64,000 nt of DNA from Pirellulales bacterium (GTDB taxonomy: Bacteria > Planctomycetota > Planctomycetia > Pirellulales > JALHPA01), in NCBI GenBank assembly GCA_963829655.1, contig CAWHJG010000002.1:5536594-5600593 (forward strand). The letters run 5' to 3'. Below the pieces are notes generated by a model. That model ran no database searches and had not been told where the DNA came from. It saw only the letters and a program-made list of their open reading frames with translations. Shown in pieces: positions 47,454-60,345 of this stretch (positions are counted from its first letter, which is position 1; each line of letters opens with the position of its first letter). Position numbers and translations under genes: made by a program.

Positions 47454-47927
47454 ATGGACGCGACAAATCAGACTTTTGAACTCGCCTGCCCGGACTGCTC
47501 GTGGCGGACGATCTGCGGCGCGCCGCAGATGGTCGAGTGGTTACAAAAGCATCGACTTTTGCGATCTCAGGCGGACCTCGATGCCGCGTTGCTTTGCGAG
47601 CTGTTTCGCGTTTCCGCCGAGAAGTTCACGTGCCCGCAGTGCGGCCACAAAGGGCTCACCGCCAAACCAAGCGAGCCGCTCAACGACGAAGAATGGGGCA
47701 TGACTCGCAAGTGTTCTCAATGCGGTACTGTGATACCGCCGGAGCGACTGGAAGTGTTTTCCGAGATAACGCTCTGTGCCGAATGTCAACGCAAGGAGGA
47801 GAGTGGCGAGCTAACAGGCACGGAGGAGTATTGTCCGCGTTGTGGCAATGTGATGACTCTACGGACATCCGACCGGGGCGGAATCACGCGTTGGTCGATG
47901 CGCTGTCCCAGTTGCGGCCGACGATGA
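47454..47927 (+). CDS. multi-zinc-ribbon protein containing a TraR/DksA-type C4 finger
   Basis: Three CxxC pairs: CPDC...CPQC; CSQCGTVIPPERLEVFSEITLCAEC (TraR/DksA-like); CPRC...CPSC. Intact ORF 28 nt after hrpB. Confidence 0.6.
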   Translation: MDATNQTFELACPDCSWRTICGAPQMVEWLQKHRLLRSQADLDAALLCELFRVSAEKFTCPQCGHKGLTAKPSEPLNDEEWGMTRKCSQCGTVIPPERLEVFSEITLCAECQRKEESGELTGTEEYCPRCGNVMTLRTSDRGGITRWSMRCPSCGRR

Positions 47928-47968
47928 AAACCTCGGCCGGTAAACCAACAGGCCAGGACTCGCCGCGG

Positions 47969-50244
<2,276 letters not shown>

Positions 50245-50363
50245 TGGTTGGGATTCGCCTGAATAATTGCGATACAATGTACCGCCGCAACAGCTCGACT
50301 TGTACTACGTGAAAATCGGCCTGGTAGGTCGCGACCAATGGAACGGGAACAATTTCTGACACT

Positions 50364-50687
50364 ATGACTGCGTTACCTCAAGACCTCAAGGCCCTGCGCG
50401 GCGAAGGGCTGCTGCAAATTACGTGGAGCCCCCAGCACGTCGGGGATTATCGCTTCAAGTTCCTTCGCGGCCAATGCAACTGCGCCAGTTGCGTGGACGA
50501 AAACACCGGGATTCGCGTCCTCGACCTGGCTTCGATTCCCGACGATATCACCGTCACCGACATGCAGTTGGTCGGCAATTACGCCGTGCGAATCCACTGG
50601 TCGGATAGGCACTCTAGTGGGCTATATACGTGGCAGCACTTGTATTCGCTTTGTCCCTGTGAGCATTGTCAGGCGGCGCACGGTTAA
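50364..50687 (+). CDS. DUF971 (gamma-butyrobetaine hydroxylase-like N-terminal domain) protein
   Basis: LLQITWSPQHVGDYRFKFLRGQCNCASCVDE...VGNYAVRIHWSDRHSSGLYTWQHL matches the DUF971 pattern. Confidence 0.8.
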   Translation: MTALPQDLKALRGEGLLQITWSPQHVGDYRFKFLRGQCNCASCVDENTGIRVLDLASIPDDITVTDMQLVGNYAVRIHWSDRHSSGLYTWQHLYSLCPCEHCQAAHG

Positions 50688-50789
50688 GCCACCGCGTCGC
50701 CGGCCGCTTGCGGCGCGATAGCGCACGGACAACAATTGGTTGGCCAACGTGGATACGGCTCTCTGACAAATGAACTCGGAGTGATCGAG

Positions 50790-51515
50790 ATGTTGCGCAC
50801 AACCGTCTGTGTGTTTACACTTTTAGCATCGGCAGCAGGATTTCACGTCCAATCCGTCTCCGCCGCAGACGAACAGTCCCGCGCGTTTATCGACGGGCAG
50901 GGCCGCGGCTGGAAGGCGCTTGGCGAGAACGATTTTGTCAACGTGAATTGCGATCCCCATACGTGGATTTGGAAAGACGGCGTGGCCCACTGCACTGGCC
51001 AACCGGTGGGTGTGATCCGCTCGCAAAAGGAATACAAGAATCTGGAGCTCGTCGTCCAGTGGCGACACCTCAAATCCGCGGGGAATTCGGGCGTGTTCGT
51101 GTGGACGCCCGAAAAGTCGCTCACCGATCTTAAGCCGGGCAAATTACCGCACGGCATCGAAGTCCAGGTGCTCGACCTCGGCTATGCGGAGCAATTCGAA
51201 AAACGCGAGGGCAAAAAGCCTGACTGGTTCACGGCACACGGCGACGTGTTTCCCGTGGGCGATTCGAAGATGACGGCGTTTGCACCGACTGCGCCCGGGG
51301 GCAAACGCAGTTTCCCCGCGAAGGAGCTGAGCAAAGGCGTTGGCCAGTGGAACCACTACTACATCCGCGCAATCAACGGCGAGGTGCGATTGTGGGTCAA
51401 CGGCGAGGAAGTATCGGGCGGCACAGGTTGTGAGCCGGCCTCGGGCTACCTTTGCCTGGAGTCGGAAGGTTCTCCGGTGGAGTTCCGCGATCTGCGGATT
51501 CGCGAGCTACCGTGA
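50790..51515 (+). CDS. DUF1080 (3-keto-disaccharide hydrolase-like, concanavalin-type) secreted protein
   Basis: Signal MLRTTVCVFTLLASAAGF. WKDGVAHCTG...YKNLELVVQWR...NSGVFV...WNHYYIRAINGEVRLWVNGEEV...GYLCLESEGSPVEFRDLRIREL. Confidence 0.8.
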   Translation: MLRTTVCVFTLLASAAGFHVQSVSAADEQSRAFIDGQGRGWKALGENDFVNVNCDPHTWIWKDGVAHCTGQPVGVIRSQKEYKNLELVVQWRHLKSAGNSGVFVWTPEKSLTDLKPGKLPHGIEVQVLDLGYAEQFEKREGKKPDWFTAHGDVFPVGDSKMTAFAPTAPGGKRSFPAKELSKGVGQWNHYYIRAINGEVRLWVNGEEVSGGTGCEPASGYLCLESEGSPVEFRDLRIRELP

Positions 51516-53686
51516 GCTATCGCTGCCGGTCAATTCCGGATAACGCAGGTCACGCGCGCTCGGCTGGTGCGAGCCATATTGTAAGTCGCGCTCCCCAAAC
51601 TTCGGCGACGGCGCACGACCCAAGATGCGGTGCAAGATCGAGTTCAGCGTCCATTCGTCGTTGTCAAACCCTCCGTGTGTCTCGCTGCGGGAAACACTCG
51701 CCGAATCATTTCCGCCGGCCCCGGCAATCACCAGACTTGGCCGGCCGTCCACCTTCCTTTTAAATAACGCATCCAGGGCTGAATCCGCTTCATGGCCGCC
51801 AATGTTGGCACGGACAAACTTCTCCATGCCCAGAATCGGCACTCCGCGCTGGCCTTCGAACGCATTGCTCACCAGGTACAATAGCGACTTGCCGTAAGCG
51901 CCCCCGGACCCACATTATCATCCCGTTCGCCAACGTCGCTGAGCAAATACATGGTGGGCAGCGGACACCGGCCGGCGTTGATCTCCCTGAGAAAAGTCTC
52001 TTTGAATAGTTCGACGGTGATCGCCGGCGCCATAAGCTGAAGGGTCTTGAACGAAAGGCCGGTTCCGGCGAGCAATTTGAGGGCGTGCGCAATGACGATC
52101 GAGCCGGCGCTGTGCGCAACGACATGCAGCTCCCATTCGCGCCGTCCGGCGGCGGGAAGACGGCTCATGGCGCGTTTGACCTCCTCCGCCACAATCTCAA
52201 GCGCGCCGTCGTCCTTCCGTCGATCGCTTGCCAGCCGCGCATTCTCTTTCATTTCGTCCCAAAGCGCCGTGCCAGGGCGCGCCACAGTCAGCTCAAACGT
52301 GCGGTCCTTCGCCTCCACCAGGTGCTCTCGCATCTTGTCTAGCCATTCGCTCACGCCGCCGGCGCGGGGGTCGGGCTCGACAAACACGTCTTCAATCAGG
52401 CCATACAGCGACTCCCAAGCGCCGCTCTCCCACATGATGTGCAGCGGATAGATTTCATTCTCCAACATCACGTTTTTGAACGCGACGATGCGCCGCGCGA
52501 CCGCGCGCTCGTCGTTTAGCCCGCCATGCAAGTATAGGAGCACCCGCCGCCGCTGCCAGGTCTTGGTAGCCTGTGGAATGATTTCGTCGAACAGTCGGCG
52601 AACATCGTCGGGAGTCGTCCAGTAGCTGCCCGTGTTGGAAAGCATCCCGTTGTTGCCGACGTCAATGACGTACGGCCGAATCTGCTCCAACGGAATCGAC
52701 TCACTCGCTCGCTGCAGTCCCGATTTGCTTTCCGAGCGAGCTTGATTTACCCAGACATCCGCCTTCACCGGCACACCGAGTTGCGCCACCCAAACATCCG
52801 TCGCATGGATCAGAAAGTCTTCGTAAGGCAATAGTGCGAAGCCGCCCGCCCCCCAACCTGGCCCCCAGGAATTCTGCACAATGAATCCTTCATCCGTATA
52901 TCCAACCAGCGCAACTGCGTGACCTCCGTCGGCCCGCCCTTCTCGACGAATCACCGGCATTGGGCGCTCGCGGAGGTTCCCATTCTCGACATAGACAAAT
53001 GGTTTTTGCTTATCCGAGTCGCGAAGGATCGGATTGCTCCAACCTCCGTGAACCATCAATGTGCAATACACGATGCCGCTTTCCGCGATAGCGGCATGAA
53101 CATCTCGGACCTGCCGATGCATCACACGATAGAAAGCGCCTCCCGGCGTGGCGAGCGCTGCTTGCGCAATCTTCGGCGTGAAATGCTTGCTGTCGGCAAG
53201 TTCAATCGGCCACTCGGTATCGGTGCACACTCCATGGCGCACCCAGCCGATCATCGCCCCGCGCCGACGAGCCTTCATAATCCTTTCCAGGCCATTCGTC
53301 GTAATGGCGAGCCATTTCATACAACATTCGCGGGCTTACGTTGCGCTTGACGTTGCGTTTGGCCAACAGGTACTGGATTACGGCGGCAAGCGCAAAGCCG
53401 GTGCAAGACCCTTCTCGTTTCTGATCGAGTACGGCGGGAACCGAGTCGCAATTGACGACGCGATCGGGCAGCGATATCAGCGGCGGATGATAAAACCAAT
53501 CGCGGATGTCCACGCGATCCGGCGCCGCGTCGAGCTTGCACCGATCCGCGCCTCGGCCGAGCTGACCGCTGCCTGCGGTTGGCGCCGCGCGTCGGCGGCG
53601 GGACGCGTGGTCTTGGGACGCGAGTCCTCGACAGTGGTTCGCCTCGACAATTGTTGACGGCGGCGAGTTGTTGTTTGACGTGCCAT
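51507..53686 (-). pseudogene. papain-like (C1) cysteine peptidase fused to a DUF900-like alpha/beta hydrolase; about three frame breaks
   Basis: AAGGAG-N5-ATG at 53686 gives the Arg/Thr-rich MARQTTTRRRQQLSRR... C1 motifs: QKREGSCTGFALAAVIQY (Cys), GGHAVALVGY (His), VQNSWGPGWGAGGF. Hydrolase motifs: VLLYLHGGLND, HIMWESG, LHVVAHSAGS (GxSxG-like). The tail LLYLVSNAFEG... is in another frame. Switches at ~53530, ~53260 and ~51890. Confidence 0.65.
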
Positions 53687-53741
53687 AGACGCTCCTTGAA
53701 GTCGAAGGCTACCAAGCGGCGTTGCCTGCTCGGCGCACCGC

Positions 53742-54631
53742 TCACTTGCGCCGTTTTGATTTTTTGCCCATAGCCGCGCGCTTTGCCGGTTTCCGCCCGG
53801 CCGTCTTGCCACGCTTTCCCTTGGCACTGCCCGGCGCCGCCCGCTTCGGGTACATCGCCGAAATAAACGACTTATCCTGGTCGGAAAGCGTCGTGTTCGA
53901 GCGGGTTCCCTTGCCGTCGGTGAACAGGCTCCCGGGAAACTCGTAGAGCATGATCGACTTGGGATCGAACTGGCTAAACTGCGTCTGCGTCTTCGAATAC
54001 CGCCGCAGGATATTGTGGTCGATGTCGGCCTTCGACCAGAAATTCGGCGAGCCCGAGAACGTGCGGTAGACCTCGTTCACGTTCCACTTCAACGAGTTTG
54101 CCGGGTTTTGATGCTCGTGAATGCAGCCCAGCGCGTGCCCGAACTCGTGGACTACGACGCGCTCGTATTCGCGGTCGCTCGTCCGCGCATCGAGCCAGCC
54201 GTAGTTCATCGTTGGCTCGTGACGTGGAAAGTAAGCTTCAACGAGGGCATCAGTGCCGAGCGCCGACCACGATCCTTGACCCGCCATGAACGCGATCCGC
54301 ACTTGCGCCGGCGCCGGTCGTGACAAATTGAAACGTGACATTGGCGTACCGCTCCCACAGATGCGCAAGCCGCTCGACCTTGACGCGCACCGCGCGATCG
54401 CCTTCCAGAAAGCGGCAGCGCACTTTGGCGCCGTTGGGCCATTTCTTGATCGCTACCAGCGCGAGCTTCATCGGCATGCCCGGCGGGCCGCCCGGCTGGC
54501 GCGCTATCCGCGCGACCGGCCATCTCCGCAATTCTTGTGCGTGCCGCTCGCTCGGCGGCGGCACGTGCCGGCTGATACTCATCGGGCACGACGCGATCAA
54601 TACATACGCGTACTTCACGAGGTCCGGCCAT
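53742..54631 (-). pseudogene. astacin-like (M12) zinc metallopeptidase without signal peptide; two frame breaks
   Basis: AGGAG then ATG at 54631 (MAGPREVRVCIDR...). KKWPNGAKVRCRFLEG. HEFGHALGCIHEHQ is the HExxHxxGxxHE astacin signature. SIMLY is Met-turn-like. Lys/Arg-rich C-tail. Switches at ~54540 and ~54300. Confidence 0.7.
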
Positions 54632-54836
54632 GGTACGGCTCCTGGCTTGAAGGACTGCGATCACCAGCTGCATCCGCTTGAATTCAAAGGTCTGGCCGCG
54701 CGCTTTGCAAGCAAAATCGCAGGAAGAATTCCGGAGGAACCAGCGGTGTATCGAGGTGTTGCGGCCGCGGCGGATTTACGGGGAGACTGGACGGCTTTCG
54801 CGGGTCGATGAACACGAATTCCCGAAGGAGCACCGC

Positions 54837-55217
54837 ATGCGGAGAAACGTAATCGAAGGACCCGGCGTGCCACGCAGCCACCTGCCGTTCAGTCCCGCGG
54901 TGCAAGCCGGGGGTTTGGTGTTCGTGTCGGGGCAGGCGTCGGTCGATGAGGCCGGAAAGATCGTCTCCGACACTTTTGAGGGGGAGATGCGGCGATCGAT
55001 GGAGAACGTACACAAGGTGCTTTCCGCCGCCGGACTCGGTTTTGAGCACGTGGTTCGCGTATGCAGCTATCTCGGGCGGCAAGATGACCTGGCGGAGTAC
55101 AACCGCATCTACCGCGAGTACTTCAACGAACCGTTCCCCGCGCGCTCGACTTTGATGGGCTGTCTGGGGACGCTGTTGAAGTTTGAGATCGACGTGGTGG
55201 CGTATGCGGGCGAGTGA
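54837..55217 (+). CDS. ridA: RidA/YjgF-family reactive-intermediate deaminase
   Basis: GAAGGAG then ATG at 54837. PFSPAVQAGGLVFVSGQ...MENVHKVLSAAG...VRVCSYL...FPARSTL...EIDVVA. Confidence 0.85.
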   Translation: MRRNVIEGPGVPRSHLPFSPAVQAGGLVFVSGQASVDEAGKIVSDTFEGEMRRSMENVHKVLSAAGLGFEHVVRVCSYLGRQDDLAEYNRIYREYFNEPFPARSTLMGCLGTLLKFEIDVVAYAGE

Positions 55218-55226
55218 TGCGTGCGA

Positions 55227-56540
55227 TCATTCAGTGTCGCGCACCAGTGAGCGTGTGGGATCGACGATGAGCCAGCACACGGCCATGAGCACTAAAGCGG
55301 CGCTCGACAGGTAGAACACGATGTTCCACTCGCCCGCTTTTGCGAGAGCGCCGATCTGCCAACTGAATACGGCTGCGCCCAAATTTCCGCACATGTTGGC
55401 AAAACCCAGCACCGACGCAGTGCTTGCTCCACCGATGTCTTGATAAACCGCCCACAGCGATCCGAGCGCGAGGTCCGCGAAAAAGTAAATCGCGGCCATT
55501 TCGATGGCAAACAGCCAAATATTGTCGGTCATCGACGCGATCACATAAACGCCGCCCGCGAGAATACCGGAAGCAATCCCCGGCAGTCGCCTTCCATTGT
55601 GCATTCCGAATCGGCGCGTGGAATAGTCGCCGAGCCACCCCCCGCTCAAATTGCCGGCCATCCCGGCCACCGCAGCGCCGGCGGTGAGCAGGCCCGCGAT
55701 CGTCTCAATGTCCCGAAGTGGTTCGTCACGTGCCGCATTGAGTGTTTCGAAGTAAGTGGCCAGCCAAGTTGCCAGAAAGATCCACCCGAAGTTGAGCAAA
55801 AAATTGATCGTACAAAGAATCCAGAGGTTCGGCGAGCGAAGTAAATCAACGAGTGGTACGCGGCGCGGCTGCGCTGCCACACGCAATGCACCGGCCGAAA
55901 TCAACTCCTGCTCCGCTTGGCCACAACGCGGGTGCTCCCGCGGCGCGTTACGAAAAAGGGGCCAAAACCAAAACGCCCACACAATGCCGAGCATGCCATA
56001 GAAAATGAACACCGGCCGCCACTGTCCGGTGGCGATGCCAAGTGACGATCGCAACGCCCTGAATCAAAAGCGGGGTAAGTGCAAACGACATCAGACCGCC
56101 GAGTCGTGCCACCCGTGGAAACAGCGCTGTTCGCTCGAGCACGACCCGGAATTGGGATCCAGCACTTGATGATCGCGGCCGCGGCCGGATAGGCGCCGGC
56201 CTGCGCCACTCCGAGAGCGGCGCACAACACGAAAAGCGCGAGCAGGCCGTTGACCAATCCGATGCCGATCGTGCAGACAGACCATCCGATAACGTACAGC
56301 GTGAGCATCTTCCTTGAGCCCAGACGATCCGCCATCCAGCCGGCTGGAACCTGCATCAATGCGTACGCCAGAAAGAACGAGCCGACGGCTCGGCCGAACT
56401 CCTCTTGATCGACCTCCAAGTCCGCAATCATCCGCGGCGCGACCGCATTGATTGCAAACCGATCCAGGTACAACAGGATCGACATCACAACCAACAGGCC
56501 GAGCACCTGATACGCGCACCCTCGTCGGCCGCGCGCTCAT
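55227..56540 (-). pseudogene. MFS transporter; about three frame breaks
   Basis: MSARPTR.. / VLGLLVVMSILLYLDRFAINAVAPRM...LMQVPAGWMADRLGSRKM / ...LGGLMSFALTPLLIQG / ...WRPVFIFYGMLGIVWAFWFW... 12-TM-type hydrophobic pattern. Switches at ~56525, ~56100 and ~56040. Confidence 0.75.
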
Positions 56541-56584
56541 ATCCGCCGATTGCGGCGGCGCGTACGGCGATCGCTCGTCGATTT

Positions 56585-57692
56585 TCACGAGAGCCGTCCT
56601 CGTGCATCGACTGACAGCTCTCGAATTCGGCCGTCCGCACCGTGCCACCAGAAGCGATCCACGAGGTTCACACACGGGCAGATGTGATTCGGAATCACGG
56701 TCACGCGCTCGCTCACGCGCGGCCGAGACGTCGCAGCGCGAAACATCCACCTCGCCGTGCTCCTCGGTCAACCGCACGATGGCGGCTTCGGGATATTCGA
56801 CAACGAGGCCGTGGCCCGATTCCGGTCGCGGGCCGCAACGATCCGACGTAAGCGTCTTGGTGCCGGCATCGATGACCACTTTGCCGGGCACCGCGTCGCT
56901 GACCACGGTGGCAATTATCCGAGCGGCGCAGTCTTCAATCGTGGCATCGCCTGCGTACAGTTCGTTCACGCCGTTATAGACATACGTGCCAGGGCGGATT
57001 TCGGTGAGCTGCGGAACGACGCGCGAAAGCGACGCGGACGGAGTCGAGCCACCGCTGACGATGGCAGCCTGCAAACCGGTTTTCCTCCAAGCGTCGAGCA
57101 CCTCCGCGATGAATTGAGCGATGTTTGCCATACCGGCGCGGCGTTCGTCGGGCGAGCCACCGACGTGTCCGGGAAAGAAAAACACGCCGTCCAACCGCAG
57201 GCCGGGGAGCCGGTCTACGAGCTGACCGAGCGCAAGCGCTTCGGCAGTATCCTGCACACCGGTGCGATGAAAACCAACGTCCAGGTCAACCAGCACGCCC
57301 AGTTGCACTCGCGCGGCGGACGACGCGCGCGACAGCGCCTCGGCGGCCGTCGCTGAATCAATCGCGACACGCACAGTGCGTTCCTTCGCCAGCGCGGCGA
57401 GCCGCGTCGTTCGCGCCGCATCAACCACCGGGTAAGCGACGAGGACGTCGTCGGTCAGGTCGCCGAGGACCTCGGCCTCGCCTACTTTGGCCGTCGTTAG
57501 GCCAATCGCCCCCGCCTCAAGCTGCAATCGCGCGACGTGGCGCGACTTGTGTGTCTTGGTGTGCGGCCGAAGCGCTATCGAGTGGGACTGGCAGTACTCG
57601 GCCATCCGGGCGATGTTCCGCCTCACTGTTGCCTCATCCACGATGAGGCACGGCGTGGCAAGGTCGTCGGGAAGTTGTTCGAGAGACCACAT
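56585..57692 (-). pseudogene. PLP-dependent D-threonine aldolase / D-serine dehydratase-like enzyme (alanine-racemase N-terminal fold); one frame break
   Basis: TPCLIVDEATVRRNIARMAEY...ALRPHTKTHKS (PLP Lys)...IRPGTYVYN... The C-terminus ...VTVIPNHICPCVNLVDRFWW is in the neighbouring frame. Switch at ~56710. Confidence 0.75.
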
Positions 57693-57693
57693 T

Positions 57694-58790
57694 TCAAGAT
57701 GCGGAAGGGAGCGAGACGGAAAGCTTGCGCAGCCAATTGCCCCAGAAGACTGCGTCAATGTCACCGCTGCTATACCCGCGCAAGGCGAGAATATCAACAA
57801 GGCGGTGCAAATCGGCGATCGATTTCAGATTTCGCGGCGTTTGCTCGGTCCCATAGGCGCCGTCGAGGTCGCTGCCGATGCCAACATGGCGCACGTCGCC
57901 GGCAATTTGGCAAATGTGATCGATGTGATCGCCCGCCGAGGAAATGTCGAGCACATCGGGCTGCGTCTTTCCGCGAACCCAGCCTTGGTACAGCATAATA
58001 GCATCAAACGCGATGCCGATCACCGCGTCGCGCTCGACAAATTCTTTAATCTGCTCGTTGGTCAGTTGTCGCTGCCAGTTTACCAATGCGCGGCAATTGT
58101 GATGGCTCGCCCAAATCGCGCCTTTGAAGCTATCCATCGCTTCGGCCATTGCTTGGTCTGACAGATGTGTGACATCCAGAACAAAACCCAGCCGCTGCAT
58201 TTCGCCGAGTAGCTCCCGGCCAGCCGGAGTCAGACCGCCTTCGGCATTCGTCCCAGCGGAGTAGTGGCTATGGCCGTAGTGAGCAGGGCCAATCGTGCGC
58301 AACCCTTGCTCCCACCAATACGGCAATTGTCCCGGATTGTGAATCGGGTCGGCGCCTCCATCGAGAGTATGACGCCGATCGGAAGGCGCGATCGATCGGC
58401 GGCCGATTGCCACAGCGACCAATGGTGCGCCAAATCCTCGCGCGATTTGAGCAAGCGAATCTCGCCGCGGCGCTCCAACAGGCGGTAATACGCCAGTTGT
58501 GCATGGCAGCCGCAAAACGCCGAATCCCGCGTCGCGCTGTCCAGGTCGCCGCGAGCATAGCGCGCCGGCCGTGTATGTCGCGGGCCAGAGTGCGCGAGCA
58601 ATGTCGCGATGCAAACCGCAATCCCCGCCTTGCGCATTTCAGGGAGCGTTACGGTGCCGCGGCCGCGAAACGGCGCGTCGTCCATATGCGCCTCGGACGC
58701 ATTCATTGCCTCCAGCGGCAGGGTGATATCGCGATCGTAGTTCAGCGCGTTGAGGGCCAGATCGAGATGAGCGTCGATGAGAAGCGGCAT
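57694..58790 (-). pseudogene. membrane dipeptidase (peptidase M19); one frame break
   Basis: MPLLIDAHLDLA...; VLDVTHLSDQAMAEAMDSFKGAIWASHHNCRALVNWQRQLTNEQIKEFVERDAVIGIAF...VGIGSDLDG. Switch at ~58370. The stop is 1 nt before the next gene's ATG. Confidence 0.8.
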
Positions 58791-58818
58791 GCGGCGATCG
58801 TATGGTCGAACCGATTAT

Positions 58819-59525
58819 TCAATCGCTCAGGAGCCGAACCCTGCCGCTTTCAAGCTCGTAAACCGCGCCGACGAGTTCAACCTTGCCCTCGCGCAGCAAT
58901 TGCGCCGTCTCGGGCATTGCGGCAAGTTGGCGCAGTGAATACCGCACGTTCGCTTCAACGCCGGCGGCAATTTGACTGGCACGGTCAAGATCGGGATCAA
59001 CTTCCTTCAAGCCAGGATGAAGCAGCTTCAACAGCGCCTCGATCCCCGCGGACTGGTGGGTATTGCGATGCATACGGTCGAGCGCCGCGGTAACGGCGCC
59101 GCATTGCTCGTGACCGACGACCATCACCAGCGGAGTTCCTAATAGCCGGACGGCGAATTCGACGCTGCCCATTGTGGCGCGAGCGATCGCGTTGCCGGCC
59201 ACGCGAACGACGAACAGATCGCCAAAACCCTGGTCGAAGACCAATTCGAGCGGCACGCGTGAATCGCTGCATCCAAGCACCGTGGCGATCGGGCGTTGCT
59301 CCTCGGTAAGCATCTTGCGCCAGTTGCGCTTTCGTGGACGTGCCGCGTGCGCGCCCGCACAAAGCGCGCATTGCCTTCGAGCAGACGTTCCAGCGCCTCC
59401 CGACCAGTCAAAAGCGACGGCGATTCGTCGTCCAACGATATCCGCGGCGAGCTGAGGTCGATCGCAATGTCGCCCGTGCTGCCGCTGGATGGACGGTGAC
59501 TTTCAAATTCCGCATGTTTGTGCAT
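58819..59525 (-). pseudogene. beta-class carbonic anhydrase; one frame break
   Basis: LGCSDSRVPLELVFDQGFGDLFVVRVAGN...VVGHEQCGAV. The N-terminal MHKHAEF...LERLLEGNARFV is in another frame. Switch at ~59330. Confidence 0.8.
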
Positions 59526-59708
59526 GCGGCTATTGTACTCGACCAGCGCGTGGATTCTCAATTGCGTGAGCCAAATCCCCGCGCTCTGTTCGACGGACCT
59601 TATAGATCAGTTAGTAGAAACGTTGCAGATTGAACGACACCTGCTCACTATTCCCCGATTCTGCGCCAGATGATCGCGCAACGATCCACCAGAATGGCCC
59701 GTCACGGC

Positions 59709-60341
59709 CTACTTCATTTCCCGAATGCGAATGTTGCGGAACTTGACCCAACCCGCATGTCCCTCGGCGCCGTAGGTCTGAAATGCAATCACGCCGGCCT
59801 GAAGGAACTTTTCGGCGGGCTCGCGATCGGTATAGTCGGCGACTGCAACGCCGTTTAATTTCACGCGAATCTGCCCGCCCTTGGCAACAATCTCCAGCGA
59901 GTTCCAGTCCCCCGGCTTGCGGATCTCGTCCTTCTCGTCTCCCTTCGCGAGCCAGCGATCGGTGAAGATTCCCGCGGTGTACTCCTCGGCTTGTCCGCGG
60001 CCAATGTTGACCTGGTACCCAGTTCGGCCGCCCTTCCCCGCCGTCTGCCGAAGATAGACGCCGCTGTTGTACTTGCCGTGCTCGTCGATCATGAAGTCGA
60101 GATGCAGCTCGAAATCCTGAAATTGCTCCTTGGTCGTCAACAGGCCGGACCGCTTGGGGTCGCCGTCTTGTCCGCCGACAATCACGCCCTCTTCGACCTT
60201 CCATTTGGCCGAGCCGACTGTTTCCCAGCCGCGAAGGTCCTGGCCATTGAACAACGGACGAAAACCGGTCGCGGCATCCTCAGCGCACGCAACCAGCGCG
60301 AAACCGATCAAACAACCAGCGGCAACGAAGAATCGCCTCAC
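59709..60341 (-). CDS. DUF1080 (3-keto-disaccharide hydrolase-like) secreted protein
   Basis: GGGAGG then GTG at 60341 (V/MRRFFVAAGCLIGFALVACA). FRPLFNGQDLRGWE...FELHLDFM...NSGVYLR...WNSLEIVAKGGQIRVKLNGV...GVIAFQ...VKFRNIRI. Confidence 0.75.
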   Translation of the reverse strand: MRRFFVAAGCLIGFALVACAEDAATGFRPLFNGQDLRGWETVGSAKWKVEEGVIVGGQDGDPKRSGLLTTKEQFQDFELHLDFMIDEHGKYNSGVYLRQTAGKGGRTGYQVNIGRGQAEEYTAGIFTDRWLAKGDEKDEIRKPGDWNSLEIVAKGGQIRVKLNGVAVADYTDREPAEKFLQAGVIAFQTYGAEGHAGWVKFRNIRIREMK

Positions 60342-60345
60342 GTCG

